64,000 bases of DNA from Eimeria praecox (Eukaryota), in contig OY986948.1 of assembly GCA_963920595.1 (NCBI GenBank), positions 2,852,001 to 2,916,000 of the forward strand, written 5' to 3'. Each line of letters begins with the position of its first letter. The first letter of the stretch is position 1. The notes beneath the pieces are model-generated. The model searched no databases. It saw only the letters and a program-made list of their open reading frames with translations, and was not told the origin of the DNA. The position numbers and the translations under genes are program-made. Shown here piece by piece: positions 50,922 to 63,350 of the stretch.

Positions 50922-52190
50922 AGTGCGGTTTTCGCTCAAAAGCTTGATTGAATCCAGCCGCCTGCAGGGTGAGGTGTCCTACTGCGCTGGCATCGCTTGC
51001 AGATGTTATTGTTCGCAAGGGTTACGGCAGAAGCCTCCCCTCACAGGCAATTGACTCTTGTCTTAGAAAGTATTTCGTAATTATTAAGTGCAAAGCACGC
51101 CACATTATTAACAACGAGTGCAGCAATGCACACTACGTTCTACCGGGCTCGGCGATGCCAATCAGCTTCGAGCAGAAGGATCCCGCCTGCAGTTCTTCTT
51201 CAGACTAGCTGTTTCAATTAGTCGCCTACGTTGAATACTTCAATAATTATGATTTAAAAGAACCGTTAGATTGTGACGTTTCAAAAGTCTACACAACCCA
51301 TGTTTAGAGCGCCTCCCCCTCCCACCGCGCTGCAGCGTCCAATGCCGTAACGACGGGGCAACGAGTTTCGGCACAACTGGAAGCTCGGTTTATATTTTTC
51401 ATCAATTATTTACTTTGCGCTTTGCGGTTTCCCGACGGGAGCATCGTCATCTGCGACCAGAGCCGCACTCTCGTATACTGTCACCTGTGCCTTCCCAAAA
51501 GGACCGGACCATCTTAACACGAAAGCGAAGCCTGCCGATCCCAAGGCATTCCTTGAGTGGCTCTTGATTATATTATATATAATATATATTAATATATGTT
51601 AAGCCAAGATACCGAAACAACTTAAAACCTCCAACTTCCCCTTCTAATTAATCTTCGGCATCCGAGCCTCCATGGCCGCACAAATGATTAAGGCGCTACT
51701 GCACTAGTAGCATCTCCCTTGTCCTCGGGCCACCCTAGTTCGCTAACCCTCCGACGGTGCAGACGCGGACACAAAGAACATTTATACCCAGCAAGTATAT
51801 ATATATATATATTCATGTATGTCTATATATATACACAAACCCCAGCGCACAACTACTTATGCCGGGGCCTTCCGGGTCGCTGTGATTCCACCGTAGTGCA
51901 TAAAGTACACATATATAATGAGCATCACATCCCTTGCTCCTCCTGCTTTATGCAAGCTTGCCACATGACAGGTGACACCGTTCACGCGCCACCGAGAAGA
52001 GCTCGCTCTCCAACGGGACTCTCAACACTCGCATCAGACCACTCCCGCAACTGGCAAAATGTTCTATGCACGACGGAAGTGGGCATTTGCAGAGCTGTAA
52101 CTCAGCCCTTAGTGCTGTCAATGGCGCACCTTGTGACACATATCGAGCAACTCAGTCCTCCCGACAGACATGCAGTGGGATGAGGCTCGT

Positions 52191-55100
52191 TCACACGGCA
52201 TAGACCTGGAAGTTGCAGAAGGGCACTACTTCTGCCTCCTGCCGGTCGCTCCGCGATGCCATATCTTCACGTCCCTGACCATTTTTCTGGCCCTCTGGCC
52301 GCGTGGGCAGTAACTGCTGCTGGTGCGATGTGCCTGCTGAAAGTGTTGATGGTATGTGCTGCGTGGTGGTGGCTTTTGAGTACAGTTGCCGAATGGGCTG
52401 CTTCTCTGGCCTCCACAGAAATATGGTCTCTTCGAACGGCGAGATCAGACTGGCCCCATCACTGTACGGGCCGGTACCTAGGAACTCCCTCACTGGCAAT
52501 CTATCTTGCTGGGGCAATGGCTGTGCAGGGGTTATTGTGGGAGGCGGAATGAACTCTGCCAAATGCATCCAGTGATCCTTGAACGGTGCACATGGTGGCT
52601 GGTTGTCGTACAAAGCGCATAGTGCATCAGCATCAAAACACGCTTCGGGTGCTTTTGCCCATATCGACTCGCAGGCGAACAGCCACAATGTGTGCACCTT
52701 CTTCAAATGTTGGAAAGACCTCTCCCTATCAACGCAAGATGCACAAAAATGAACCCTTTGATGACTGCTCTGTACACAGTTCCAGAACACTTCAACTCTG
52801 AGCACTACTTCACAATGTCGAATCGCGAAAAGAAGAATGGAGGAAAAACCCCTACATGCAGCATGAAGAAGACCAAACAAGGTGCAAGAACCCACTTGAG
52901 TGCAAGCATGTTATTTGTGTTGCTTTTCCCTGCCATGACGTGGGTCACGCCAGGCTCGTCGAAACGTCTATACACAGTGGCGCCGAGACGTTGAGCGAGT
53001 TCTGCTTGTCTTTCTTCACAGTCAGCTACAGGGCTGCCCGGTGCAAACGATTTCCTGTAGCCAGTAAGGAACAGGCCTACACCGGCCAGCGCTTGCGACT
53101 GAAACCCGCTTATAATTGTTCCCACGCTGAAAGCCGCAGATCATAGCAACAAAAACACAAGAAACATTCGTCCACTAGGCTCAGAAACAAGACCAAAGCG
53201 CCAGGCCGACGCGCCCTCCGCATACAGTAGGTCTCCATCGTCACAGACAACACCAACTAAGCGAGTTGCTACCCGTATACGTAAAACGAACTCTACCAGA
53301 TAATAGCGCATCATAATACCTGCCAATCAACAAACAAAGGGCAGCAGCCCCGTCGCGATAAGCTGTGCTCTGCCTCACTTTGCATTCCAAGGATCTTTGA
53401 AGAACTCCTGGTGAACCTTTAAAAAGATATTAATCATGTGCTGCATGTGCCTATCCCAGTCATAAGGTCTAGACAAGTGTTTCATGGCAGCTGGCACTGG
53501 TGAAGGCCGTTCTAATGCTGTAGCCCTTTGCCTCGGGTTCTCAGCTATTGCGGCTAAAGTCTCCTCTAACGGCAAATGGGGATAGTGGGCTAATAATTCA
53601 GGCCTCGAAGAATCAAAGAAATCGTAATGCTGCGCCTTCACCACGTGCGACACCGGCAGATCAGTCCAGATGTTTTGACGATCATCAAAAGCCACCACGC
53701 AACGACGGTCTAGGTCCCCGTACAAGCACCGCACGGTTTTATTTTCCGACTGCTCTCCCCTGCCCGACGACTCGCGCGCTACAATTCTGAAGCAAACGCA
53801 GACACAAGCAGGCATACGACGTCAACAACGCCCAAGACCTCTACTTCGCGTCCCTGCCTCATGACGCAACGCAAAGCAATACACACAGGCGTGCTACCCT
53901 GCACAGACCGCGGTACATAAGTACCAACAACGATTCGAAAGCTGCAAAAAGCGGGGAAGCCTATAGACCCCCCGCATCAGAGCAGGCATATTACGGAGTA
54001 CGCGACAGCAAATGCCGCTCATTGCACAGCAATGCAATTTAGCCAACTGTAACGAAATGCTGTTTCGCTGCAGAAGATAGCCTTCCACAGCGAAGCATCA
54101 TTGCCCCCCCGCCCCCCCCCCTTTCACCTCCATCGATAATGGCCATGTGAAAACCAAAACACTTTAGCAGCATAATCAGGCAAATCAATGCATTACCACA
54201 TACACACAGCCGCTAGGTACACCAACCACTACTCAAATGCAATAGGCTAGCAGCACCAGCAACAATCAAGCGTCCCCATATGCATGTATATATATCAAAC
54301 AGAATTGCACATGAAGTGCCGCATCATCGTTCAATGTTGCTGCCGTCGTATCGTTTGCCTTTCTTGACTGAGCAACCCTGCCCAACTGCTGCTGCTCTCA
54401 ACAGAGCCCGCCGAAGAAATAATTGAGGAAGCTGCCGCAACAGAATCCTTGCACACATGCCGTTGAGCACTCCATGCCGCACATACACCATACGTGCTCA
54501 TCGCCAGCCTAACCGGCAGCGACGACACTCTACGAGCCATCTCCAGAAAGCAGCAGGCTGCTGGTTGCTGTCTGCAGCTGATAGTTCAATCTGTGAGATG
54601 CATCCCCATTGAAGCAGCTTTGCGCGCGGCACAACGGCCAGGCTGTCACGCCGTAGAGATCCCGAATGTTAAGGGGTATAATTACCGTCATTAAAACAAA
54701 GTAAACACAGCACAGTCCAAGCTTTCTTTAACCCGTACTGCTCTAAACACGACGATGCATCCTTGTCCAGACTGTGCGCGCACAATCGCGCTAATCACTT
54801 ATCGTTCAATGCAGCTACAACACCGTTAATGCCGGCACACTCTGCCGGACGGGCAACATCTGTGGCATGGCTGTCCTGCAGCTTCACGCGCTGTTGGCTG
54901 TTTCGTTTGCTGATCATCTGCGTGCTGATTTGCACGAGTGTCCTCTTGCCTTGCGTATGCGGAACAACGCTTCACTGAGCTGGGCTAGAACTCGCTACCC
55001 GTTGCACAACTAGTGTTGCTGCGGCCATTGGCGACAGCCAACGTTCTGCTTTGATGTGCAACGAGCCAGCTTCCCCTTAAATGAAGCGCATCCACATGAG

Positions 55101-57227
55101 TCTTTATAAGCTGCGTCGCGCCTGCACTTTGCGTGCCCCGTGCACTTCCCCTCTCTCTCTACAAGCATCTTCACATTCGAAACAGAAGAACAACAGCTGC
55201 CGAACGCCAACAACCCGTGGCGCTTTGGAAGCCCCACCCCTGGCTAGCGCCATCGGATCACGACAACACAAATAACAAAGCACGAAAGCAGCACTTCGCC
55301 TTCCTCGGCCGCCGCGTAGCGATGGCTGTCCGCAGCGAAAGCTACAGATCCACACATTGCACTGTGACGGAAATAACGCAATTGCGTCCCCTTTCCCGCA
55401 AGCATGCTAGGTAAACGCATGCGCTTATTTCGGGGAGCTCGGAGCCGAACACCCGGCCGTTGAAGCAGCAGCAAGGAAGCCCTCTTACCCCAAGAAACAG
55501 CCATGGCAGCAGCTACTACATCATGCAAGCCACGTGTTTACTGTTAAGCATGATTCACTACACTGTAACACCGGGGGGCGGCGTGGAGTTGTTTAACGCA
55601 GAGAGCTGCAGATTGACTTGGCCTCAACAGTACAAGGAGCTCTGCGGCTGTGTCCTGTTTATTTCAATTTCATTCCCAGCCGCACAGAACGAACAGGAAG
55701 AGCAGCAGCAACAGCTAAACACTACGATACCACAGCCTACCGGTCGCCAAAAAGAGATCTGTCGGGGTCCAATATGGCCACCACGAGGTCCGCATACTCC
55801 TGAGTCGCATTTGTGTAAATGCTTAGCTCGAAAACGGGAGCAAGTGCTTTAAGAAAACGCCGCAGCCCCGGGCGCAACTTCAAGTAATAGATCTTGCGGT
55901 TACAGGGCAGTTCAAACTTATATACCTCCGGCAAACCATCCTCATCAAGCCAATCTTCCAGAGCTATTGTGTATCCTGCCACGCCAACGGCCTGTGCATG
56001 CAACAATGTGTTGTCTAAATCTAACAGCAGCGGCAGCTTTCCTGAGAGCAGTGGCTGTCGACGTAGCTCAGGAGGCAAAGCGCTCGGATCCCACTGTTTC
56101 GCCTGCTGTTGCTGCCGTGTTTCCTGATGCTCTTGCACCGCTTGCAGAGACTTCTGCGGCTCTGAAATTTCTGGTTGCTGTACTTCCTGCACTACCTCTT
56201 GCTGCTGTTGCTGCACGCCTGTCTCAGCACGAGCTCGCGCTGCTAACCTGGGATCCCTCCTCGTGGTATTCGGTGCTGCCACCGGTTGCTGTTGCTGTAA
56301 AGCTGGCGTAGGAGCCACCACGCCCTGCTTTTGCAGTTGTGAGGCATCTAAACCAGCAGGGGGTTGCGGTGAAGCAACTGGGCCGCTGACAGCGGCATTT
56401 TCCTGCAACAAAGGAACGCTTGCGCTGCGCTGTTGCCCTCCTTCCGACGTTTGCTGAGTCGCATGAACCGCCGGTGTTTCCTCGTCCACCTCTCCCTCTT
56501 CAACTTGCGAGACTTCACTCATTTCATCCGCCTCAAGAGCCGCACCCTGTGTTCGTTGGGGGCCGTTGGGCAACTGCATCTCTTGACCAGCTTCGTCTCC
56601 CCTTGCAACGCCTCCTGCCCCTGCTGCCGTGGAAAGAGGCTGTAATCCTGACCCTGCAGGTGTTGATGGCGCCTCAGGCAACCGCACAAGCTTACATACT
56701 TCATTGTAAGCTACGCAGAAACGCCTAGGGCATATTTTTCCGGTGTAGTAATCAATGAGCTGATCTGCGTAGAAGCTGCAGCAAACCGTTGGCGGAGGCA
56801 TACACGCCGGCAAAGGAGCCGAGCAGGGCAACGGCCCGCCCCCAACAGCCTCCACAGCCCTCCCTCTCCCTGCCATAACCATTTGCGGCCCCCCCCCACC
56901 AGGCATAGGCCCAGCCCCGTGAGGGCCCAGCACAGCTCGTGCCTCATACGGAGCTGTGCGCTCCTTACGGAGACCCTGACCTTGCTGGCGGCGCCTATGC
57001 GGAGCCTGAGGGTGGGGCGGCACCGATCCGTGTGGTGGTTCTGCCTCTCTCTCTGGCCGAGGCCTAGGCTCTCGCGGGTTAAAGTGGCGAGTATCTGGCC
57101 CAGAGACTAACCCCGGGCCACTCTTCCACTGCTGTTGATGGTGCGAGTCAGCAGCAGGTGCCCGTTGGCCGCCCCGCCACCCTCCGCCACCGCGGCCCCT
57201 GCCCCTGCCCCTGAAAGCATCCCTCAT
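52191..57227 (-). CDS. FCP1/CPL-like RNA polymerase II CTD phosphatase (NIF/FCPH domain plus BRCT)
   Basis: LLLDLDNTLLH (DxDxT), LKLRPGLRRFL..LSIYTNATQEYA..LDPDRSLFGDR|IVARE, VVAFDDRQNIW, and BRCT elements GVTHVMA and VHTLWLFACESIW. At least four exons; the exact 3' end is uncertain. Confidence 0.9.
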
Positions 57228-57949
57228 CAGTTCAACAGGTATTAGGTACAGCTATCTTTACGTTCGGCCTAGAAAGCGTGTGAGCAACACAAAACCTATG
57301 CAACAGTTCCTAAAGAATGCCCTTCAATCCCTGCACACTAAGTGCTGCCAGGCCATGCGCAAGCGCAGGAGCCCGCTATAGTGCAGGAAGCGCCCGGCGG
57401 GCTGCTTTCACACAAACCCGTGCGTCTCTGCTGCATAACAACTTTCTGATTATTTCACAATTTCGAAGATTGCCTTAATCTGCCTATAACTGGTGAAAGC
57501 GGCCCCATGGCTATGCCAACCTCAGGCCGGTGCGTATGCCTCTAAGCCTACAGCCCCGCAGGCTGCAGCGGTGCCGTGTAGCTGTGGCATGCGAATCAGC
57601 TGTAAGAAGCACCTCTATACAGTAATCAGTTTCCTCCTTCTGATAGTAGATTGTTATGAAGGTTATTCGTTTTGAGTGCTGTATCCACGCCTGAATCCAT
57701 AATACAGTAAAATTCTGTACAGTCGAATGCGGCCCGGTCTGACAAATGTTGATCATGCGTTTTGACTTGTGTACTGTGGCTACTCATGACCAAGGAAAGT
57801 TTAAACAATTCTCTATGATGCCTATGCAAGCACGGAAGGGAGATTCGATGCTTCCATGCGGTGTCCCTTTTTCACCAGAAGTTGCAGTAAAGTGTGCCAC
57901 AAGGCGTCACTCTGGTGGGAGTCCTCGTTCTCAACGGAGGGTCGTAGAG

Positions 57950-59050
57950 ACCTGCAATAAGGCCAAGCACTTAATCAAAGAGTTTCAAATAAACAGGCAG
58001 CCTCCCACTTCATCATCCAGGCATCCTGGGGCCAACGGTAAAGGGGTTGGGCCTTTGCACAAGCATGTCAACCTACCATGAGCTATAACGGACCTTGCTG
58101 CACGTAGTGCTGCAGAGCAAACTATACTGCATGCGCGACCTTCAGCCTTTTGCAGCTTGCACTGTCACTGTAGACGGTAGTGTAGGCGACCTCTAAACGC
58201 TTTAGATGCTTAGCCCTCCACAGTGTAGCATCCTCTGAGTGATGTTGGTACTCGTATCCCTACTTGCTCTATGCCTCATTATGGACGATAAAGTAAGTGT
58301 TTAAAGGCAGTCTGCACTACGATCTATAATGCTAGTGCGTGTGGTGAGGGGGCACTGGCTGCGTGTACATGTAGGGCAGCCTGGCAGCAATGGTTGCAGC
58401 TAGCTTCGTTACAGCCAGTGCCCCCGTATCCTACCTAGCTCGAGCCCCTTGTGCGACTGAAGCAAGGATGCTTGAGTGGAGGTCAGCTATTTTTGCGAGC
58501 TATACTTTTAGGCCTTCCCCGTAGCTCACAACTGTCCTCGGCTAAGGTTGAGGATTTTCCTTACACCCCCAACACTCCCAAAACAAGGGATCTCCTACGT
58601 CCTGTGCGTAGCGGCCCATAGGCCTGAGGCTGATGCAGAAAGAGGGTCTGAGAGAGGGTGTGTCATGAGCTGCAACGCACTTTGCTGCAAGCTTTGCTGC
58701 GGCGTATCCTCATATGGAAAGAGGGCTAAGCGCCCGTCGTTGCATACGCCAACGCTGTAAGCGACTGGAAAACACTTATTTGGATCTCTATATCCAGCCT
58801 ACGCCCAAATATAGTTACGAGTCTTTACAGAGACTTCTTGGATGGTCCTGGATCTTAGATGAGAATCTTTCCGAAATGCAACAGAAGGCTTGAAGAGTTT
58901 CCAAGACGCAGTTTGCCAGCCCTCCAAAGCTTCAGGCGCCCTGAACACTGTGGTCCAATGGGACTGGGATGTTTAAGATATGGGCGGGCCTGTCATGGGC
59001 TGTAGCGCACTTTGCTGCAGCTAATGCCGCAGTGTAGTCGCGCGTGCACC
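57950..59050 (+). mobile_element. Nest of decayed LTR-start-like fragments with possible chromodomain-tail relics
   Basis: Three related 33-45 bp motifs at about 58075, 58661 and 58991 (TGTCATGRGCTGYARCGCACTTTGCTGCA). The 58661 copy follows a purine tract GAGAGAGGG. Weak SWILDENL..EEF and KHLIKEF peptides lie upstream of two copies. Confidence 0.4.
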
Positions 59051-59632
59051 CTCCAACCGATCCCTCTTCTGCTGCACGCTCTGGCACTATAACCCATAGT
59101 GTAGACAGTTATTAAATATATGTATTCCCCACCACAGCGAGCCTGTGAGCAGTTAGGTATACGTGTTCCAACATCGCACAGACCACGCTTCCCAGAGCAT
59201 GCTGCGCTTGCAATATCCCCATAGCTGGATTGCCACACACGCTTCAAATTATGGTTTGCTTACCAATTTTGCTTCCATTAACAATTTTATCATGCTTTTC
59301 ATATAATTCTTGGAGGCGAAATACTGAAGGGCAGATCAGAAAGTAGCAGCGAGAGCAGGGTACGTTACGCTGTTCCCACCAGAAAGCGATATCATCCCGC
59401 GCCGAATTGCATGGGATGATTGTCCCTACAGAACACTTCTACAGTATCCTTTAGAGAATATACCAGTTTTTCTAGAATGTGCTAACGAACATCATTATTG
59501 TCGTATTTCAATGCATGCGCGAAGGGCCCCATCGACTGCCCCACGGGTCCTGGGGCTGACTCGGGACGAAAGCTTTGCGGAAAGCCAATAATTGGCAGAA
59601 GATATAGTTTGTCGCCCTCTCCCCTGTCGACA

Positions 59633-62028
59633 ATGCCCTTCTTTGCCTTCTTATGCAGCGGCGGTCACTCTTCAATAGGCCGCCGCCAACGCCGGGGAGA
59701 GTCGGCCTTCGATGCTCGCTCGCCGTGCACATCATCAGTCCCTTTTCGAAGTAATGATTGCCCTTCAGTTGCCCGCTGCTCGGAAAATGGATCTGGGTTT
59801 TTGGGTGTCCCTGCCTTGAGCTTTTTTGGCTCGAAGGAGTCGCAGAAGGAGCCGCAGGCGCCAGCAAGCGACGACTCGAGCACAACAGACACGCGAAACA
59901 AAGCCCTTCAAGCGGCAATGGCAAGGGAGAATGAGGAAGTCCCAGAATCTGCGAAGAAACCACAGTTAGACATTTCTGCTCCCCATCTAACTCCCTCAGT
60001 GCACATAGCACTTGAGCCGACTGTAGACGCCGGAAAGTGACAGGACCATGCAGGTTGCAGGTTGGCGGCCTTGCATGTATCTGTGTTCATAGCTCGGTCC
60101 TCGTCGTGCATTCGCCGGCACATAATGTTGTAGGCAAGCTTCTTGAGCGTTTGTGACTGTACGCAATGCTCCAGGCTCACACAGCCAATCCCTTTCGAGC
60201 ATTTTTCTCGCGAGTGGATGAACATCTCCGGTCAAGATACGTTCGATGGGTTTCGTCTAGAAGGTGCAAAGCAGGTAAATACTGTCTTCTGTCGGATTTT
60301 GTTGCAGAATCTATAGTTTTGCTTGCCGTCACTGTAACATCGATCAGCAGGCGCTTGCACGTCGATGGTGTTTGCTCATGCTGCAGGTAAACAAGTACCT
60401 TCAGACCTGCCATAGCTTCTGCCTTGGCACGCAGTTACGCGAGTCCGGTTACTCGTATCAGTTCGGTCCAACATTGGCGATCTCAGCCCCACCAGATCCG
60501 AACCAAGGAGAAAATGCTCAGCCCCCCCCGCCTCATTTCTTTGCAATGGCAAAGCTCGGTACAGACGGATCGCTTCAAGGCAGGTAAAGCAGCTTTGATG
60601 TAAAATAAGGGCCTGCTTTTTTTTTCGAGTATCGAAATAGTGGCACGAAGCCAGAAAACATCAGCTCTTTTGGCGGACACATACGCTCTCTTGATTGCTG
60701 CAGACTTATCAAAACCCTCTGCCAGAGCGCCGATCTCAAATTGAACTTCAACTCTTCGCTGAAAGACGAACAGCGGAATTTTTATGAGATTTCTCTCGAT
60801 AACACAGGCCGGGACTGGGCCACGTCCTTGAAGCTTGCTTGGCAGTGTGCGTGATACTCACCTATTTGCTCATTTGTTCGTGTAGATTTCATGCTGTAAT
60901 ATGCTGTATGCATTTTCCCCTTGCTTATAAAAATTGTCGATTTTGTGTGCCATTTATCGTCAAAGAAATAACGTGTTGAGCTTCTGTGTGCCGCTGACTG
61001 CAGCCTGTTGGATTCTCGACGGGATGTTTTCGCAAGTGCTGACCCCAAAGCTTCAGGCCGGCTGCGAGATAACCTACGTGGCAAGTGCACTACCCGTTAG
61101 AGCAGTGCTTTGCCTTCTGTCTCTTTTCCACCCTGCATATCACTGCTCCAGTGGCTCCAGAGTTGAAGGCTTACAGCTGCATTTGCTCGTGACATTGTTT
61201 CCGTTTCAGGGTGCGAATGGCGCATCGATGTTGGCTGTGGGGGGGCGCTACAACTTGGACAAACAATCCGTTGTTTCATGTAAGCAGGTGTTCGCTGTCA
61301 GTGAATTGGGAAGCACACTAACTAAGTAGCAGCAGCGCTAGGGCTATCAAGTAGCTGCCAAAGATGCACATGCTTCTGACAGGAGGATTTGAAACGCCTT
61401 CTGTTTGCCTGTGTTCGTGCTTTTGCCCTGCGGCAGGCCAGCTGAGTCAACAGCCAGATTTCAAGTCCCCTGCGGGTCTGACCAAGCTTACGCACAGTTG
61501 CAAAGTGCAGTATACTAGAAAGGTATGGGCATAAAGATTATGCGTTTCAGCGCTTCCCCAGAAAAACTTGTGAATCAGTTTATTGTGTGGGCTTGCGCGA
61601 CGTTGACTTTTTCTGCACCTGTCAGGTCGTTGGCGGTGCATGTGCGCGCAGGTTACTGACCGGCTTTCTATGGGAACCGAGTTCGAGTATAGCCACCCGG
61701 AAACGGAGTCTGCTCTGCGGCTGGTGGGTTCCCTGATCAAGTCGTTTCTATCGAAGAGCTAGCCATCTAGCCCAAGGGTACCCAACTCGGCTACCTGTGT
61801 CGAGGTGTGTGACTGTGTGTTGCTCTTGTGCAGGGATGGGAGTATCTCTTTCGACAGGCTCGAGTGCAGGGCCTAATAGACACCTGCGGGCGCATTTCTG
61901 TTTTTGCACAAGATTACAACGGATTTGGCGTGAGCGGACTGATAGATTATTGGCGGGGCACCTATAAATTTGGTTTTCTAATGCACGTCGTACCCCCACC
62001 GGACGCGCCGCCGCCGCAGTCAAGCTGA
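59633..62028 (+). CDS. TOM40: Mitochondrial import receptor TOM40 (porin-3 beta barrel) with a long N-terminal extension
   Basis: About 9 exons giving PIPFEHFSREWMNISGQDTFDGFRLEGAKQVNKYLQTCHSF..YSYQFGPT..MAKLGTDGSLQGR, FSQVLTPKLQAGCEITY, VQYTRKVTDRLSMGTEFEY, GWEYLFRQARVQGLID and YKFGFLM. Confidence 0.92.
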
Positions 62029-62534
62029 CCGTTCACCTTCGGTTGGCACCCCGTAGTTGTTTGTTATTTTGCTGGGAGGTGGAACTTCCTTGCAGCTATC
62101 TCGACAGCTGGACCTCGGCTAATTATTGTCTGTTCCAACTGAATTACGCTCAAAAGTTAATTACTTAGCACCAGTAGTACGTAGTGCAATAGCAAATGCA
62201 TGCAGAGACGCTTAAGTTTGTGCAAAAGCTCAAAGGTTTCTAGGACGAAACAAAAAATTGTGCAGAGCCGAGCTCAACGCATTCCGCAGTAAGCTCAGCT
62301 GCTTATAGCTTCATCGCTTAAGTTGGGACGAAACACTACAAAAAAATGCCCCAGCAACCTGCGTCAAATTCAATGGTAACCCGTCAAAGGTCACCACATC
62401 AATTTCAAATGCGAATCGTCGGCATCCCCCTCATCTATTCTGAACGAGGGCCAAAAACAGTCATGCATAGTGATATTGAGAACAGGGTGACAGGTGCAAA
62501 CAAAAAGAGACCAACGGGCGAGGTCCACCTTGTT

Positions 62535-63350
62535 CTAAACAAGCTTTTCACCAGCAGCAACCTCATCTGGGTGAGGAATTGGGTTGCCTGGTTGTTTGAC
62601 GTCCAGCGGACTGGCCAACGTTGGTAAGGAGCTGGTTTGCTCAATGCCTGTCACCCCGGCCTCAACTTCCGGCGCACGAGACCTGGATACGCCTAGCCTC
62701 GAAATTCCGCGCTCGCCAATACCCTTCAGCATCAGCGCAGCTGCTGCACCGGCTGCTGCAGCCCTTACCATGAGCTTCTTAAGACTAGAAGGAAGACCAC
62801 TCTGGGACGCAGCAGCACATGGTTCCTTTGGAAGCTGAGGAATCTCGGTGTTTTCTTGAACGGTAGCCATTTGATCACCTAGAGTGTACTCGTCAGTGGC
62901 ACTATCCGTAGCTGGGTCCACAGAATCAGAAGGACTGGGATTCGGATTTGCTGCTGGGAGGTCCGGGGCGGACGCCGAAATGGAAGCAGACTGCATTTGC
63001 GCCTGGTCCATTGGACTGGTCTCCTCAACTTCTGGCCTTGAAGAAGCTCCACGCAGGCCTGCGGAACCACGTTCTCGGAGCGATCTAAGAGCTGCACTGG
63101 CTGCTGTGCCCAGGGCTACAAGCTGTTGTAGCATCTGCCTCACTTTGTACCCCCATGGCGCAGGCCTCCCACGGCACGGCTCCTTAGGGAGCTGAGGCTC
63201 CTCGCCAACCTCCTCTTCCCCAGTCACTACGGGGTCTGAAACCATCACTTCCTCACCCGGTGGGAGTACCTTTTGCTCCTCACTCCCCCTCCCACCTGCA
63301 GGAGAACCAGACGGAGAACCGAGCGGGACGCCTCCCGTCTGCTGATCCAT
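62535..63350 (-). CDS. Hypothetical protein with a two-copy internal repeat of about 60 aa
   Basis: Open frame of 271 codons from the ATG at 63350, not derived from simple repeats. PQLPKEPC...ERG...PEVE occurs twice. Confidence 0.6.
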   Translation of the reverse strand: MDQQTGGVPLGSPSGSPAGGRGSEEQKVLPPGEEVMVSDPVVTGEEEVGEEPQLPKEPCRGRPAPWGYKVRQMLQQLVALGTAASAALRSLRERGSAGLRGASSRPEVEETSPMDQAQMQSASISASAPDLPAANPNPSPSDSVDPATDSATDEYTLGDQMATVQENTEIPQLPKEPCAAASQSGLPSSLKKLMVRAAAAGAAAALMLKGIGERGISRLGVSRSRAPEVEAGVTGIEQTSSLPTLASPLDVKQPGNPIPHPDEVAAGEKLV

